DNA of 64,000 nt from an uncultured Desulfarculus sp. Its GTDB lineage: Bacteria; Desulfobacterota; Desulfarculia; Desulfarculales; Desulfarculaceae. Both the position numbers and the translations under genes were made by a program. The stretch is taken from contig CAXXUK010000001.1 of assembly GCA_963665125.2 (NCBI GenBank), positions 3,552,001-3,616,000 of the forward strand. The letters run 5' to 3'. The notes beneath the pieces are model-generated. The model was not told where the DNA came from. It worked only from the letters and a program-made list of their open reading frames with translations, and made no database searches. Numbering within the stretch: position 1 is the first letter of the stretch; each line of letters opens with the position of its first letter. This document shows positions 32,095-46,899 of the stretch, piece after piece.

Positions 32095-33318
32095 TTACTT
32101 GACCAGGAAGCCTTTTTCAATGATCCGGTCGGCGATCATCGCGCTGAATTCCTTTGACGGGTGAAAATGATCATTCTTTTCAAAGCGTGACCAATCACGG
32201 GGTTTGTTAGCAAGCTCCTGTTCCAGCATCGGCGCGGCATCATAGTATTCGATTCCCAGCTTTTGCAGTATCTCCACGATGTCGGAGTGCTGGCGGGCTA
32301 TCTTTTCGGGCCACTTCTCTTTTTTGTCCAACTCAGGGTAGACCACCACTCTGAAGGCATAACCGTGCTCCCGCCCCATATCGGCCAGCTTTTTCAGGTT
32401 ATTGGCCACGTCGTCCGTCAAACCGGCCCGGTCGGTGAAAGAGGCCTTCAAAGACAGATACACCCGGTAAAGGGTGGAATGCTTGAACAGCCAGTAGTTG
32501 AAATGTTCCTGGCCCAGATAGGTGTTGGCGATGACCGTGTAGCCGTCCTGTTGCTTGAGGATAACCGGCGTTCCGTCCCAGTCGTTCAGGCAAAATTCCA
32601 GAATAACGATGTCGGGCTTCAAGGGCAGGCCGTACCGCTTGAAATAACCTATCTCCTGGTTTGTTGAATATCCGTACACCCCCAGGGTCCAGTATTCGTA
32701 ATCCGGTTTTTTCATCCGGCTTTCGACATTGCGGGTCAAAAAGCCCAGGGCCGCTATGGAATCGCCCAGGAATACAACCCTGGTTGCGCCCTGCGGTTTT
32801 TCAAAGGCATAACCGTTGTGCAGGGCCCCGTATTGGGAATAGGGGTAGCTTGGACCCATCAAGGGCTTGTAGGACAATTCCTCGTCCATCGCCCACCACT
32901 GCACCTTGGAATTCCATTCGTCCTTTTGCTGGGGGTTCTGTGCGGCCTGAATCATGGCCTGCTTGAAATTGAACTCAAAAGTGTGTCCAGCGTTGAATAC
33001 CAGGTTGAAGGGGATCAAGGCCAACTCGAACAATACCAGTGCCGCGACCACCGATATGCAGACCATCAAGATCTTGAGGATTCCTCCCTTGGTGAAAAGC
33101 CTGTGGGCGAAGAGCACGGCCAGGAAAATAAGAAAAGACAGAATCAAATAAAAAACGGCCAGGCCCACGTCTATGGCGTACGGGTGGCAATAGGTGATGG
33201 CCGAAAGCGGCAGTTCCCGTGAATATACGGCCATGATCAGATTGACAACCAGGCCGATGCAGGTCAGGCCAAACAGCCAAGCCAGGGCTTTTTGAATTAA
33301 TGATCGATTTTTAGTCAT
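32095..33318 (-). CDS. Membrane-anchored SGNH/GDSL hydrolase
   Basis: Three N-terminal TMs; FLGDS, GVYGY, LND, DHFHP blocks. Confidence 0.82.
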   Translation of the reverse strand: MTKNRSLIQKALAWLFGLTCIGLVVNLIMAVYSRELPLSAITYCHPYAIDVGLAVFYLILSFLIFLAVLFAHRLFTKGGILKILMVCISVVAALVLFELALIPFNLVFNAGHTFEFNFKQAMIQAAQNPQQKDEWNSKVQWWAMDEELSYKPLMGPSYPYSQYGALHNGYAFEKPQGATRVVFLGDSIAALGFLTRNVESRMKKPDYEYWTLGVYGYSTNQEIGYFKRYGLPLKPDIVILEFCLNDWDGTPVILKQQDGYTVIANTYLGQEHFNYWLFKHSTLYRVYLSLKASFTDRAGLTDDVANNLKKLADMGREHGYAFRVVVYPELDKKEKWPEKIARQHSDIVEILQKLGIEYYDAAPMLEQELANKPRDWSRFEKNDHFHPSKEFSAMIADRIIEKGFLVK

Positions 33319-33339
33319 TTACTACAGCGGATATTGATC

Positions 33340-33381
33340 AATAAGAAAAGAAGCGCCGGGCGGAGAAAACCACCCGGCGCT
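33340..33381 (-). terminator. Terminator of the atp operon
   Basis: agcgccggg..cccggcgct followed by a U-rich tail on the minus strand. Confidence 0.75.
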
Positions 33382-33402
33382 GATATCGCTTATGCGGCCG
33401 AT

Positions 33403-33819
33403 CTACTGCGACCCAAGGCGGCCGACAACACGCATGCGCAGCATGGCCCTCTTGAGGGCGGTCTCAACACGGACATATTCCATGTCGGCCTGTTTAATCT
33501 TGCCCATACGCTGTTCGGCGCGTTCGCGGGCCCGCGTGGCGCGGTCCACGTCGATTTCACGGGCCAATTCGGCAGCCTCGGCCAAAACCGTGACCTTGGT
33601 GCCTGTGACCTCGGCGAAACCACCAGCAATGGCCGCATATTCTTCGTTATTGCCGTCGCGGTAGCGCAGTTCGCCGATGTCCAGGGTCGCCAAGAACGGC
33701 ACGTGACCATGAAGCACACCGAACTCGCCATCCACGCCTGTCGCCACGACCACGTCTACTTCCTTGCTCAGGAGCATCTTGTCTGGCGTAACGACTTCCA
33801 GCATTATTTTATTGGCCAT
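33403..33819 (-). CDS. atpC: ATP synthase epsilon subunit
   Basis: LEVVTPD, GEFGVLHGH, GGFAEV. Confidence 0.96.
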   Translation of the reverse strand: MANKIMLEVVTPDKMLLSKEVDVVVATGVDGEFGVLHGHVPFLATLDIGELRYRDGNNEEYAAIAGGFAEVTGTKVTVLAEAAELAREIDVDRATRARERAEQRMGKIKQADMEYVRVETALKRAMLRMRVVGRLGSQ

Positions 33820-33836
33820 TGGTCACTCCGGTCTTG

Positions 33837-36171
<2,335 letters not shown>

Positions 36172-36176
36172 AGGCT

Positions 36177-37690
<1,514 letters not shown>

Positions 37691-37691
<1 letters not shown>

Positions 37692-38242
37692 CAGGCGTAA
37701 TCACCCCTTCTCAAAGATTCTTTCAAGTTCTCCAGTTGCGATCTGACACTGCCGTCCAAGACCAAGTCGCCAATCTTGGCCACGACACCACCGATCAAAC
37801 TGGGATCCTCGGTTACTTCCAATTGTACTTCCCGACCCGCGACGCCCTTGAGCGCGTTGGTCAGGCTTTCAACCTCTTGTTCATTCAGGGCCGCCGCAGT
37901 GCGAACTTCCGCCCTGGTGATGCCATTGACCTCGTCGACCAACAGACCGTACATTTGCGAGATGTCCTTGGTCGCTTCAATGCGGCCGCGGTCCATCAGC
38001 AGGCGGAAGAAGTTTGCGACCATTGGGCTGAGGCCCAATTTACCCAAAATGGCATTGAGGAGTTTCTTACGGCTGTCAAAGTCGAATCCCGGATTGCTCA
38101 GGGCAGACTCCAACTCCGGAGCGCCGGCCAACATCTCGGCGAAATCGCCAAGTTCTTTGCCGTATTGCTCGGTGTTGCCGTCCTCCTTGCCGATCTCGAG
38201 CAAGGCTTTGGCATACCGTTTGGCTACGATGTAGCTGGTCAC
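37691..38242 (-). CDS. atpH: ATP synthase delta subunit
   Basis: [21 protein letters not shown]. Confidence 0.95.
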
Positions 38243-38910
38243 TGTACCTCCTGTTCCACCTTGGTCAGATATTCACTCACCAGGCGCGCCTGATCATCGG
38301 CGGTCATCTTCTGCTTGAGAAGATCCTCGGCCACCGAGGCGCTGAGATCGGCGATCTCCCGGCGCAATGAGGCTTTGGCCTGGTTGGTTTCCTGCTCAAT
38401 CGTGAACTGGGCCTGCTGTTTGATGCGCTCGCTCATGGCCTTGGCGCCATCGATAATGCGCTCGCGCTCACGTTCGCCCTGGGCGCGGAACTCGGCCAGG
38501 ATGGCCTCTTGTTCCTGAGCGGCGTCGGACAGGCGGCGTTCCATCTCCGCCAGTTCCTTTGCCGCTTCCTCGCGGCGCTGATTCAGTTCGTCCAGTTCAT
38601 TTGCAATACCCTCACTGCGGGCACGCATGGCATTGCCGATGGGCTTGCGAAGCAAAACCACAAGCAACACTACCAGGATACCGAAGTTGATGCAGCGGAG
38701 GACGAAGTCCCTGATTTGGCCGGCCGTGACGCCGTGCCCGCCATGGGCTTCGATATCCTTGTCGCCAACATGAGCTTCGACTTGGACTTTTTCCGTGGCT
38801 CCAGCATGCGCACCGGTTTCGGTCGCATATACGCTGAAAGCGGAGAACAGAACCAACAGCGCCGCACCCAGCAGCACTGCAATGCGCATTTTGCCGCTGC
38901 AGCTAATCAC
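38239..38910 (-). CDS. atpF: ATP synthase subunit b
   Basis: INFGILVVLL..KPI TM plus coiled coil; N-terminal signal-like extension. Confidence 0.9.
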   Translation of the reverse strand: MISCSGKMRIAVLLGAALLVLFSAFSVYATETGAHAGATEKVQVEAHVGDKDIEAHGGHGVTAGQIRDFVLRCINFGILVVLLVVLLRKPIGNAMRARSEGIANELDELNQRREEAAKELAEMERRLSDAAQEQEAILAEFRAQGERERERIIDGAKAMSERIKQQAQFTIEQETNQAKASLRREIADLSASVAEDLLKQKMTADDQARLVSEYLTKVEQEVQ

Positions 38911-39341
38911 TGGATGCTCCTTCCTAGGATTTTCTGTGCCAGGTCCTGGCCGAATTGCTGGACCTGAGTCTTGAGTTCATCGCGGGCCTTGCCGATTTCA
39001 TCGGAAATCTGCTCGCGCACATCGGCCACGGCCTTTTCCATCTCTTTGGTCGCCTCTTCAATGATCTGGCGTTCCTGAGTGTGGCCCTCTGCCTTGAACC
39101 CCTCCTTGGCGCCCTGGCCCTGCTTGCGGGCCTCGGCCAGTTCTCGGTCCATCTGCTCACCCTTGGACTTCGCGGAATCGGAATCGGTTTCGATTTCGCT
39201 GTTCAAGGCGGCCATTTTTTGGGACCGCTGAGCGATGATGCCCCGGATCGGCTTGAAAAGGAGATAGTTCAGCGCCACAACCAGCACAATGAAGTTGATG
39301 ATCTGGATGAAGACCGAAACATCCGGCATGATGCTAATCAT
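38907..39341 (-). CDS. atpF: ATP synthase subunit b'
   Basis: QIINFIVLVVALNYLLFKPI..KILGR. Confidence 0.9.
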   Translation of the reverse strand: MISIMPDVSVFIQIINFIVLVVALNYLLFKPIRGIIAQRSQKMAALNSEIETDSDSAKSKGEQMDRELAEARKQGQGAKEGFKAEGHTQERQIIEEATKEMEKAVADVREQISDEIGKARDELKTQVQQFGQDLAQKILGRSIQ

Positions 39342-39496
39342 AGGGTTTTCCCCTCCAGAGGTTACAGAAGCCGCAGGCCCCTGGCTCTTCCCCGAATATA
39401 CTTAAAACAAATATGGTATACAGAAATTCAGTCATGCGGAAACAGCGGTCCGCACCATAGAGACCCGTGCTTGTTCCCACTTAGACAAGCTTGGAC

Positions 39497-39525
39497 TTTC
39501 TACAATATTTCACAACCGCTGTCAA
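39497..39525 (-). promoter_or_regulatory. Putative atp operon promoter
   Basis: TTGACA-17bp-TAGAAA. Confidence 0.55.
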
Positions 39526-39577
39526 AAGTTTTTTTCATTAAAGGGGTTTAGGTACTATTTCCTGTTATATCGGATTG

Positions 39578-39991
39578 TTAACTAGTGGTTTTTCCTTCCG
39601 ATGATAGCAGCCGCACCTTGGGCATAAGCCCGTTTTCACCGTTTTCACCGGCCATGCGGCAATTGCCTTCAAAGACCACGCCTTCATCCATCACCACCAA
39701 AGGCGCGGTTATATTGCCCACAAGGCGGCCGGGAGCGCGCAATTCAATGCGCTCGGCGGCCACGATATCGCCGACAACTGAACCACTTATCTCAACGGCG
39801 GTTGCCTCGATGTGAGCCTCGACGATGGCGTTGTGGCCTACAATCAATACGCCCTCGCCCTTTATCTCACCGGAAAACTTGCCATCCAGCCTGGCCTGGC
39901 CCCGGAACACCAGCTGACCTTCAATGGAGCTTTCGCCTCCCAAGAACACAGCTACCTGACCATTTCCAGAATTTCGCCGACGTTTCACCAA
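39578..39991 (-). CDS. Bactofilin (polymer-forming cytoskeletal protein)
   Basis: LDGKFSGEI, VEISGSVVGDI, GNITAP, EGVVFEGNCRM. Confidence 0.9.
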   Translation of the reverse strand: MVKRRRNSGNGQVAVFLGGESSIEGQLVFRGQARLDGKFSGEIKGEGVLIVGHNAIVEAHIEATAVEISGSVVGDIVAAERIELRAPGRLVGNITAPLVVMDEGVVFEGNCRMAGENGENGLMPKVRLLSSEGKTTS

Positions 39992-40192
39992 GTTCCTCCT
40001 TCATGGGCCCCAATTAAACACCCGCGCAGGCATGCTTTTCGGACAAGAATCCCGACCGAAGAGCCTACGGCAAGTTTTTTCATATTATTGAAATTCTACC
40101 GGTGACAACATCCACCGGAAATCAATCGTTGCATGACCCAATCAAAAAGTAAACCAAATTAGTGATTAGTTATTCACACACTCTTTCAGACC

Positions 40193-41293
40193 CTAATGAA
40201 ATACATATCTTCGCATGCTTACACTCTGTATAAGCCCCAGGGCCGCCATGACAGTAAGCATGTTCGATCCGCCATAGGAGACAAAAGGCAACGGTATTCC
40301 CACAACCGGAGCCAGGCCCAGGACCATGCCCACATTAATAAAGGTCGGCCAAAAAATCATAGCCGTGCCGCCAATTACACAAAGAAGCCCGGCCCTGTCC
40401 TTGGTCCTGGTGGCTTGTACTATGCCCCGGTAAACGAGGGCTGCCAAAAGGCCCAAAACCACAACTCCTCCGATAAAACCCCATTCCTCGTTGAGCACGC
40501 TGAAGGCGAAGTCCGTATGCTGTTCCGGCAGAAAGTGCAGCTGGGTCTGGGTTCCGGCCATGAAGCCCTTGCCCCAGAACCCGCCGGAGCCCACCGCGAT
40601 CTTGGACTGGATAAGATGATATGCCGCGCCCAGGGGATCTGATTCAGGATCCAGAAAGCTGAATATGCGGCGCTTTTGGTAATCCTTTAAAAAACTCCAC
40701 GCCAAAGGCAACACCGCAAGCAGGGTGCCCGATGCAATGGCCAGGGAACTCAGGCGAATGCCGTTTATCAAAATCACGCTTCCGGCCACGGCCAGGATCA
40801 TCAAACTGGTGCCCAGGTCGGGCTGTTTGAGGATCAATACGGCCGGCACCATGGCGATCATCGCCGGAACGATCAACCTGCGCAGGGTGTACGGCTGGCC
40901 GAAATCCCTACGCTGAAAATACTGGGCCAGAACCAGCACCACCGCCAGGCGGGCCAACTCCGACGGCTGAAGGCGCAGCGGCCCGATCAACAACCAGCGT
41001 TGGGACCCGCCGATGACTTTTCCCCAAATCAACACGGCAACCAGCAATATGACAACCACGGCATAAAAAACCAGGGACAGGCTGCACAGGCGCTGATAGC
41101 CGATGATGGCCACCAGCAACATTACGCCGAACCCCAGCAGCATCCAATAAAGCTGTTTGAGGTAAACGGCCGATCCGGCCGTTTGAAATGAACTTGCCGC
41201 TGAATACAGATTGACAACGCCGATGGCTCCCAGGATCACGATCAAGACCAAACTGATCCAATCGATATTGGCGGCCATTCGCCGATCAAGCAT
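40193..41293 (-). CDS. rodA: Rod shape-determining protein RodA
   Basis: GSQRW, QPSE, QPDLGT, FLPEQHTDF, PFVSYGGS; likely start MLDRR at 41293. Confidence 0.95.
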   Translation of the reverse strand: MLDRRMAANIDWISLVLIVILGAIGVVNLYSAASSFQTAGSAVYLKQLYWMLLGFGVMLLVAIIGYQRLCSLSLVFYAVVVILLVAVLIWGKVIGGSQRWLLIGPLRLQPSELARLAVVLVLAQYFQRRDFGQPYTLRRLIVPAMIAMVPAVLILKQPDLGTSLMILAVAGSVILINGIRLSSLAIASGTLLAVLPLAWSFLKDYQKRRIFSFLDPESDPLGAAYHLIQSKIAVGSGGFWGKGFMAGTQTQLHFLPEQHTDFAFSVLNEEWGFIGGVVVLGLLAALVYRGIVQATRTKDRAGLLCVIGGTAMIFWPTFINVGMVLGLAPVVGIPLPFVSYGGSNMLTVMAALGLIQSVSMRRYVFH

Positions 41294-43199
41294 CGCCGCC
41301 CTCCTTTTTTTCACCCTCCTGGGGTTGCACCGGATGCTCCTTGAAGTATGCCTCCAGAATCTGTTTGGCCACCGGCGCCGCCGCCGCTCCGCCATGCCCG
41401 CCGTGTTCCACCACCACGGCTACGGCTATAGTCGGGTCCTCGGCTGGGGCATAGGCCACGAACAAGGCGTGATCCCGGTATTTCCACGGAATCTCATCGC
41501 CATAGGCCTTTTCCACTTTCAAGGCCACAACCTGGGCCGTTCCTGTCTTTCCTGCTGCCTTTATCCCCGGCAACCGGCAGCGCCACCCTGTACCGTGGGG
41601 TTCGTTGACGACCGCCACCAGCCCGTCATGTATATTTTTCAAGTGGGCCGGCTTGATATCCACGGGGCTTATCAACCCCGGCGGCTCTGACACCGGCTCG
41701 CCGCCTTCTGGCTTTACAACGGCCTGGACCAGCGTTGGCGTCACCAGCTTTCCGCCATTGGCGATAACCGACACCATACGGGCCAATTGCAGAGGAGTAA
41801 CCAGGTTAAAGCCCTGGCCTATGGCCACCGAAAGCGTCTCGCCCTCCTGCCAAGGCTCCTTGAATCGCCGTTCCTTCCATTGGCTGTCCGGCACCAGTCC
41901 GGCCGCTTCATGGCTCAGAGGAATTCCGGTTGTGCGTCCCAATCCGAATTTTCGGGCCCATTTGGCCAGCCGCTCCACCCCTAACGCCTTGCCGACCCTG
42001 TAGTAATAAACATCGCAGCTTTCACGCAGCGCCTTGTGCAGATTCACCGAACCATGGCCACCGCGCTTCCAGATCCAACATTTATAGGTCCGGCGGCCAA
42101 GACTCATTTCGCCTTTGCAGAAATGCGTGGTCTCGGTATTGACCACTCCCTCGGCCAACCCGGCGGCCGATGTAACAATTTTATAAGTAGAACCCGGCGG
42201 GTAGAGCCCGCTTATAGCCCTATCCTTCAGGGGATGGCGGGGGTGATTGACCAGCTTTTTCCATTCTTCACTGCTCATTCCTTTAATGAATGAATTCTGG
42301 TCAAAGCTCGGCGAGGAATACAGGCAATACACTTGCCCGTTTTTCGGGTTTAGCGCTACCACCGCGCCAACCTCTTCGCCCATGGCCTCCGCGGCGGCTT
42401 TTTGCAAATTCAAGTCAATGCTAAGGATCAGGTCGTATCCCGGCACCGCGGGCACCGCGCTGATCAGGTTGAGTTCACGGCCTACCGCGTCCACCTCGAT
42501 CTGACGGGCTCCCCTTTTACCCTGCAAAACCCTTTCACGGCTTTTTTCTAGCCCCGAACGCCCGATATAATCGCCCAAGCGGTATCTACCCTTGGGCGCC
42601 TTTTCCATTTCCGTTCGGTTAATTTCGCCCAAATAGCCGATTACATGAGCGGTTTCCTTGGCCGCCAGATAGGCCCGTCGGTATTCAACCAGCACCACCA
42701 CGCCCGGCAGTTCGTATCGAAACGTCTCCAGCACTGCCAACTGGTCCCGGGTGAGGTGACTGGCCAGACGCACCGGCTTGAAAGGCGCCGCTCCGCCGGC
42801 GGCCTTGCGGGCATGCTCAATCTGTTGCTCGGTTATGCCCACCAATTCGCCCAAGCGGCGGATGATCAAACCCCAATCCTTGACGTCTTCGGGGATTACG
42901 GCGAGGGTAAAAGCCGGACGGTTGTCGGCCAGCAACCGCCCCTGGCAGTCATAGATCAACCCCCGGCTTGGCGGCTCATCCTCCAGGCGCACCCGGTTGT
43001 TTTCGCTTTTGGTGCGATATTCCTCGCCATGGAGAACCTGCAGATACCAAAGCCGTCCGATAAGCACCACGAAAGCCAGGCTGACCACCACAACCGCCGC
43101 CGCCAGGGCGTGGCGAACCTGGGGCAACTCGCCGGGGTCCATGCCACGGTTGCGGGTAATCCTCCTGCGCGATTTTTTCTTACCGTTGATCGGTAACAT
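41286..43199 (-). CDS. mrdA: Penicillin-binding protein 2
   Basis: PPGSTYK (SxxK), SCD, KTGTAQ. Confidence 0.96.
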   Translation of the reverse strand: MLPINGKKKSRRRITRNRGMDPGELPQVRHALAAAVVVVSLAFVVLIGRLWYLQVLHGEEYRTKSENNRVRLEDEPPSRGLIYDCQGRLLADNRPAFTLAVIPEDVKDWGLIIRRLGELVGITEQQIEHARKAAGGAAPFKPVRLASHLTRDQLAVLETFRYELPGVVVLVEYRRAYLAAKETAHVIGYLGEINRTEMEKAPKGRYRLGDYIGRSGLEKSRERVLQGKRGARQIEVDAVGRELNLISAVPAVPGYDLILSIDLNLQKAAAEAMGEEVGAVVALNPKNGQVYCLYSSPSFDQNSFIKGMSSEEWKKLVNHPRHPLKDRAISGLYPPGSTYKIVTSAAGLAEGVVNTETTHFCKGEMSLGRRTYKCWIWKRGGHGSVNLHKALRESCDVYYYRVGKALGVERLAKWARKFGLGRTTGIPLSHEAAGLVPDSQWKERRFKEPWQEGETLSVAIGQGFNLVTPLQLARMVSVIANGGKLVTPTLVQAVVKPEGGEPVSEPPGLISPVDIKPAHLKNIHDGLVAVVNEPHGTGWRCRLPGIKAAGKTGTAQVVALKVEKAYGDEIPWKYRDHALFVAYAPAEDPTIAVAVVVEHGGHGGAAAAPVAKQILEAYFKEHPVQPQEGEKKEGGDA

Positions 43200-43825
43200 C
43201 AGTCTCGCTTCCGGCGGGCCGTGGGTGACAACCGGCTTATCAGCTTAATCAGCCAATCGAGCAGGCCAAAGAAAATCGGTGCGGTCAAGGCCACCAGTAT
43301 CGCATGTCCCGGTATGGCCCATAAGTTGTCCAGCTGCGGATCCTCCATGCCCTGAACCAATACCATTCCCAGCATCACCAGTGCCTGGCGCACCAGCGAC
43401 AGCAGGCAAACGGCGGCCATCTGAAACGGCCAGGAATTTATCTCCAGTTTTCGTTCGGCCAGTTTGCACAGGCAAAAGACAACGACGTACGAAGTCATCT
43501 GGAGCCCCATGGGCCCCCCTGATGAAAGATCATATATATAGGCTAAAAAGAATGTAAGGATGGCGCCCGGAATCAACGGAATATGGAAACCGGCGGAAAT
43601 CACCACCACTATCAGGGGTTGCAACTGCAGGGGACCGGCCGACCACCAGTTGAACAGGGTGCACGAAAGCGCCACCAGTAGAAAACCCAACAGCAAGGTG
43701 GCCATGAAACGGGGCCATTGAACCATGCCCTTGGTGGCGGTGGTGCCGTCCTCCACCGCCAATCCGGCGGCGGCCGCCCAAGTGCGCCCTCCGGAAGCGG
43801 TGCCGTTGCCCGTTTCCATTGCCAA
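43199..43825 (-). CDS. mreD: Rod shape-determining protein MreD
   Basis: Multi-TM protein between mreC and mrdA. Confidence 0.8.
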   Translation of the reverse strand: MAMETGNGTASGGRTWAAAAGLAVEDGTTATKGMVQWPRFMATLLLGFLLVALSCTLFNWWSAGPLQLQPLIVVVISAGFHIPLIPGAILTFFLAYIYDLSSGGPMGLQMTSYVVVFCLCKLAERKLEINSWPFQMAAVCLLSLVRQALVMLGMVLVQGMEDPQLDNLWAIPGHAILVALTAPIFFGLLDWLIKLISRLSPTARRKRD

Positions 43826-43828
43826 GAC

Positions 43829-44656
43829 CTACTCCGGCAGCTCGCGCCTGTCCAGAATGACCAACACATCCTCCAGGCGATTGAAATCCACGGCAGGCCG
43901 GGCCATCACATCCAAAAAGACGCCCTTGCCCTTTTGTTCGGCCTTTGTAACGTAACCCACCAGCAAACCCTTTGGGTATACTCCGGCAGCGCCGCTTGTC
44001 ACCAGTTTATCGCCGGGCCGAACATCGGCGGTGTGCAGGATGTATTTCATCAGCAGCATGCCCTGGTCCGCGCCCGTGACGATACCCCTGGCCCTTGTGC
44101 GCTGGACCAGCACGTCGACTCCGGAGTTTTTATCGGTGAGTAAAAGAACCTTTGCGTAGTTGGGGCTGGCCCAGATGACCCGGCCCACCACACCGGCGGC
44201 ATTGACCACCGGCATCAACGGCTCCACTCCGCCGTGTTGGCCCCGGCTGATCAGCACCGTCTTGAAATATCCCGTGGGGTCGCCTCCTAGCACCTGGGCG
44301 GCCACCACTGGAAATTCATGCCGTTGTTCAAGGCTGAGCAACGCCCGCAGGCGTTCGTTTTCCTGCTTAAGCTCATCAAACTGAGCCAATTCCTGGCGCA
44401 TCTGCTCCACCATCAGAGCCAGTTTCTCGTTTTCCTTGGCCGCCTGAACCAGGTTGAAATAGCGCCCCCAAAGGGATTCAAAGAAATCACCAACCGAGGT
44501 GATGACACCCTGAACCGGCCCAAGCGCCTCGATCATATAGCGTCCGGCGCCGGGCCCCGAACCGGGTCGGCCCGCGTTGTATGAAAAGTAGCCCAGTGCA
44601 ATAAGCACCAGAAGGATGAGAATTACGGAAAAACGATTGCGGCGCAGAAAGCCCAC
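43829..44656 (-). CDS. mreC: Rod shape-determining protein MreC
   Basis: ENERLRALL, GVVGRV, TSG..YPKGL. Confidence 0.94.
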   Translation of the reverse strand: MGFLRRNRFSVILILLVLIALGYFSYNAGRPGSGPGAGRYMIEALGPVQGVITSVGDFFESLWGRYFNLVQAAKENEKLALMVEQMRQELAQFDELKQENERLRALLSLEQRHEFPVVAAQVLGGDPTGYFKTVLISRGQHGGVEPLMPVVNAAGVVGRVIWASPNYAKVLLLTDKNSGVDVLVQRTRARGIVTGADQGMLLMKYILHTADVRPGDKLVTSGAAGVYPKGLLVGYVTKAEQKGKGVFLDVMARPAVDFNRLEDVLVILDRRELPE

Positions 44657-44699
44657 TGGTCTTCTCGATAGAGTCGGCCACCCCGCGGCGGCCGCCGCT

Positions 44700-45764
<1,065 letters not shown>

Positions 45765-46121
45765 TTAGAATGTCCGCAAAAAAACGGGCTTTGAATACTG
45801 TCCGCATAAGCTACACAACTCGCTGCACAAAGTAACAGAACCAAGGCTTTCCAGCAACCAAAAAGTTGCAATTTGGCGGGTTTACGGTATAAAGACCCCT
45901 CGGAGCCAATAGCTCTGTAACCCTCATTCACATTGACACCACCAAAGGCATATGGTTAAATTGTGCCTTTGCCGGGCCATCCGATGCAGGCTGGGAATAG
46001 CAACTCAGGCCGAATTCAGGATCTGCCCTGGGGGCTGGGCTAATTTTTCGCCCTAATTGTTGCAATCGCGCTGGAAAGAGCCCCCCTTTCCGGCACTAGC
46101 GCACGAAAGCGAGATTTTAAA

Positions 46122-46256
46122 ATGAAGCGCACTTTCCAACCCAGCAATCTGAAGCGTAAACGCACTCACGGTTTCAGGGCGCGCAGCCTTACCCGTGGCG
46201 GCAAGGCCGTACTAGCTCGCCGTCGTTCCAGAGGCAGGAAAAGGCTCTCCGTGTGA
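46122..46256 (+). CDS. rpmH: 50S ribosomal protein L34 (not in the ORF track)
   Basis: Own translation: [44 protein letters not shown]. Confidence 0.97.
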   Translation: MKRTFQPSNLKRKRTHGFRARSLTRGGKAVLARRRSRGRKRLSV

Positions 46257-46271
46257 GCCTGATTACCCCGA

Positions 46272-46652
46272 ATGAGCATACGGGGGCAGTCATTTCCCAA
46301 AAGCGCGCGCCTTCGCTCGCGGAGCCAATACCTCTCCATGAGGCGGGGCTGCCGTCGGGTGAAGTACGCTTTTTTTATAGTGGTCTGGCGGCCCAACGGG
46401 CTGCCGCTGACCCGCATGGGCGTCACTGTCAGCCGCAAAGTCGCCGGAGCCGTGGGGCGCAACCGGATCAAACGTTTGGTCCGGGAGGCCTTTCGCCTCA
46501 ATTGCGACCAGCGACCAACAAGCATGGACATCAGCATCATTGCCAAACCGGGTGCGGATACTCAGAGCCTGGTTCAAGTGCGGCGGATGCTGGAGAACGC
46601 CTATTCGGAAATGACTTCAACGGCAGAACCTGGCTGCCGCCCAAGGGCATGA
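46272..46652 (+). CDS. rnpA: Ribonuclease P protein component
   Basis: [25 protein letters not shown] (RNR motif). Confidence 0.93.
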   Translation: MSIRGQSFPKSARLRSRSQYLSMRRGCRRVKYAFFIVVWRPNGLPLTRMGVTVSRKVAGAVGRNRIKRLVREAFRLNCDQRPTSMDISIIAKPGADTQSLVQVRRMLENAYSEMTSTAEPGCRPRA

Positions 46653-46864
46653 ATCCAGCCGCCGGAATCGTATGGCTGCTGGTGAGGCTGTACCAATTCA
46701 CCCTCAGCCCTATTCTGGGCGGCCAATGCCGTTTCTACCCCACATGCTCCAACTACGCCTTGGACGCCCTTGCCAAATACGGCTTTTTCAAGGGAACCCT
46801 CAAGGCCATGATCCGGATACTCAAATGTCATCCATTTCATCCCGGCGGTTACGACCCAGCCTAA
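46649..46864 (+). CDS. yidD: Membrane protein insertion efficiency factor
   Basis: [25 protein letters not shown]. Confidence 0.93.
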   Translation: MNPAAGIVWLLVRLYQFTLSPILGGQCRFYPTCSNYALDALAKYGFFKGTLKAMIRILKCHPFHPGGYDPA

Positions 46865-46899
46865 GGCTGTACACGCCTTGGCGGCAAAGGTGAAATTCC

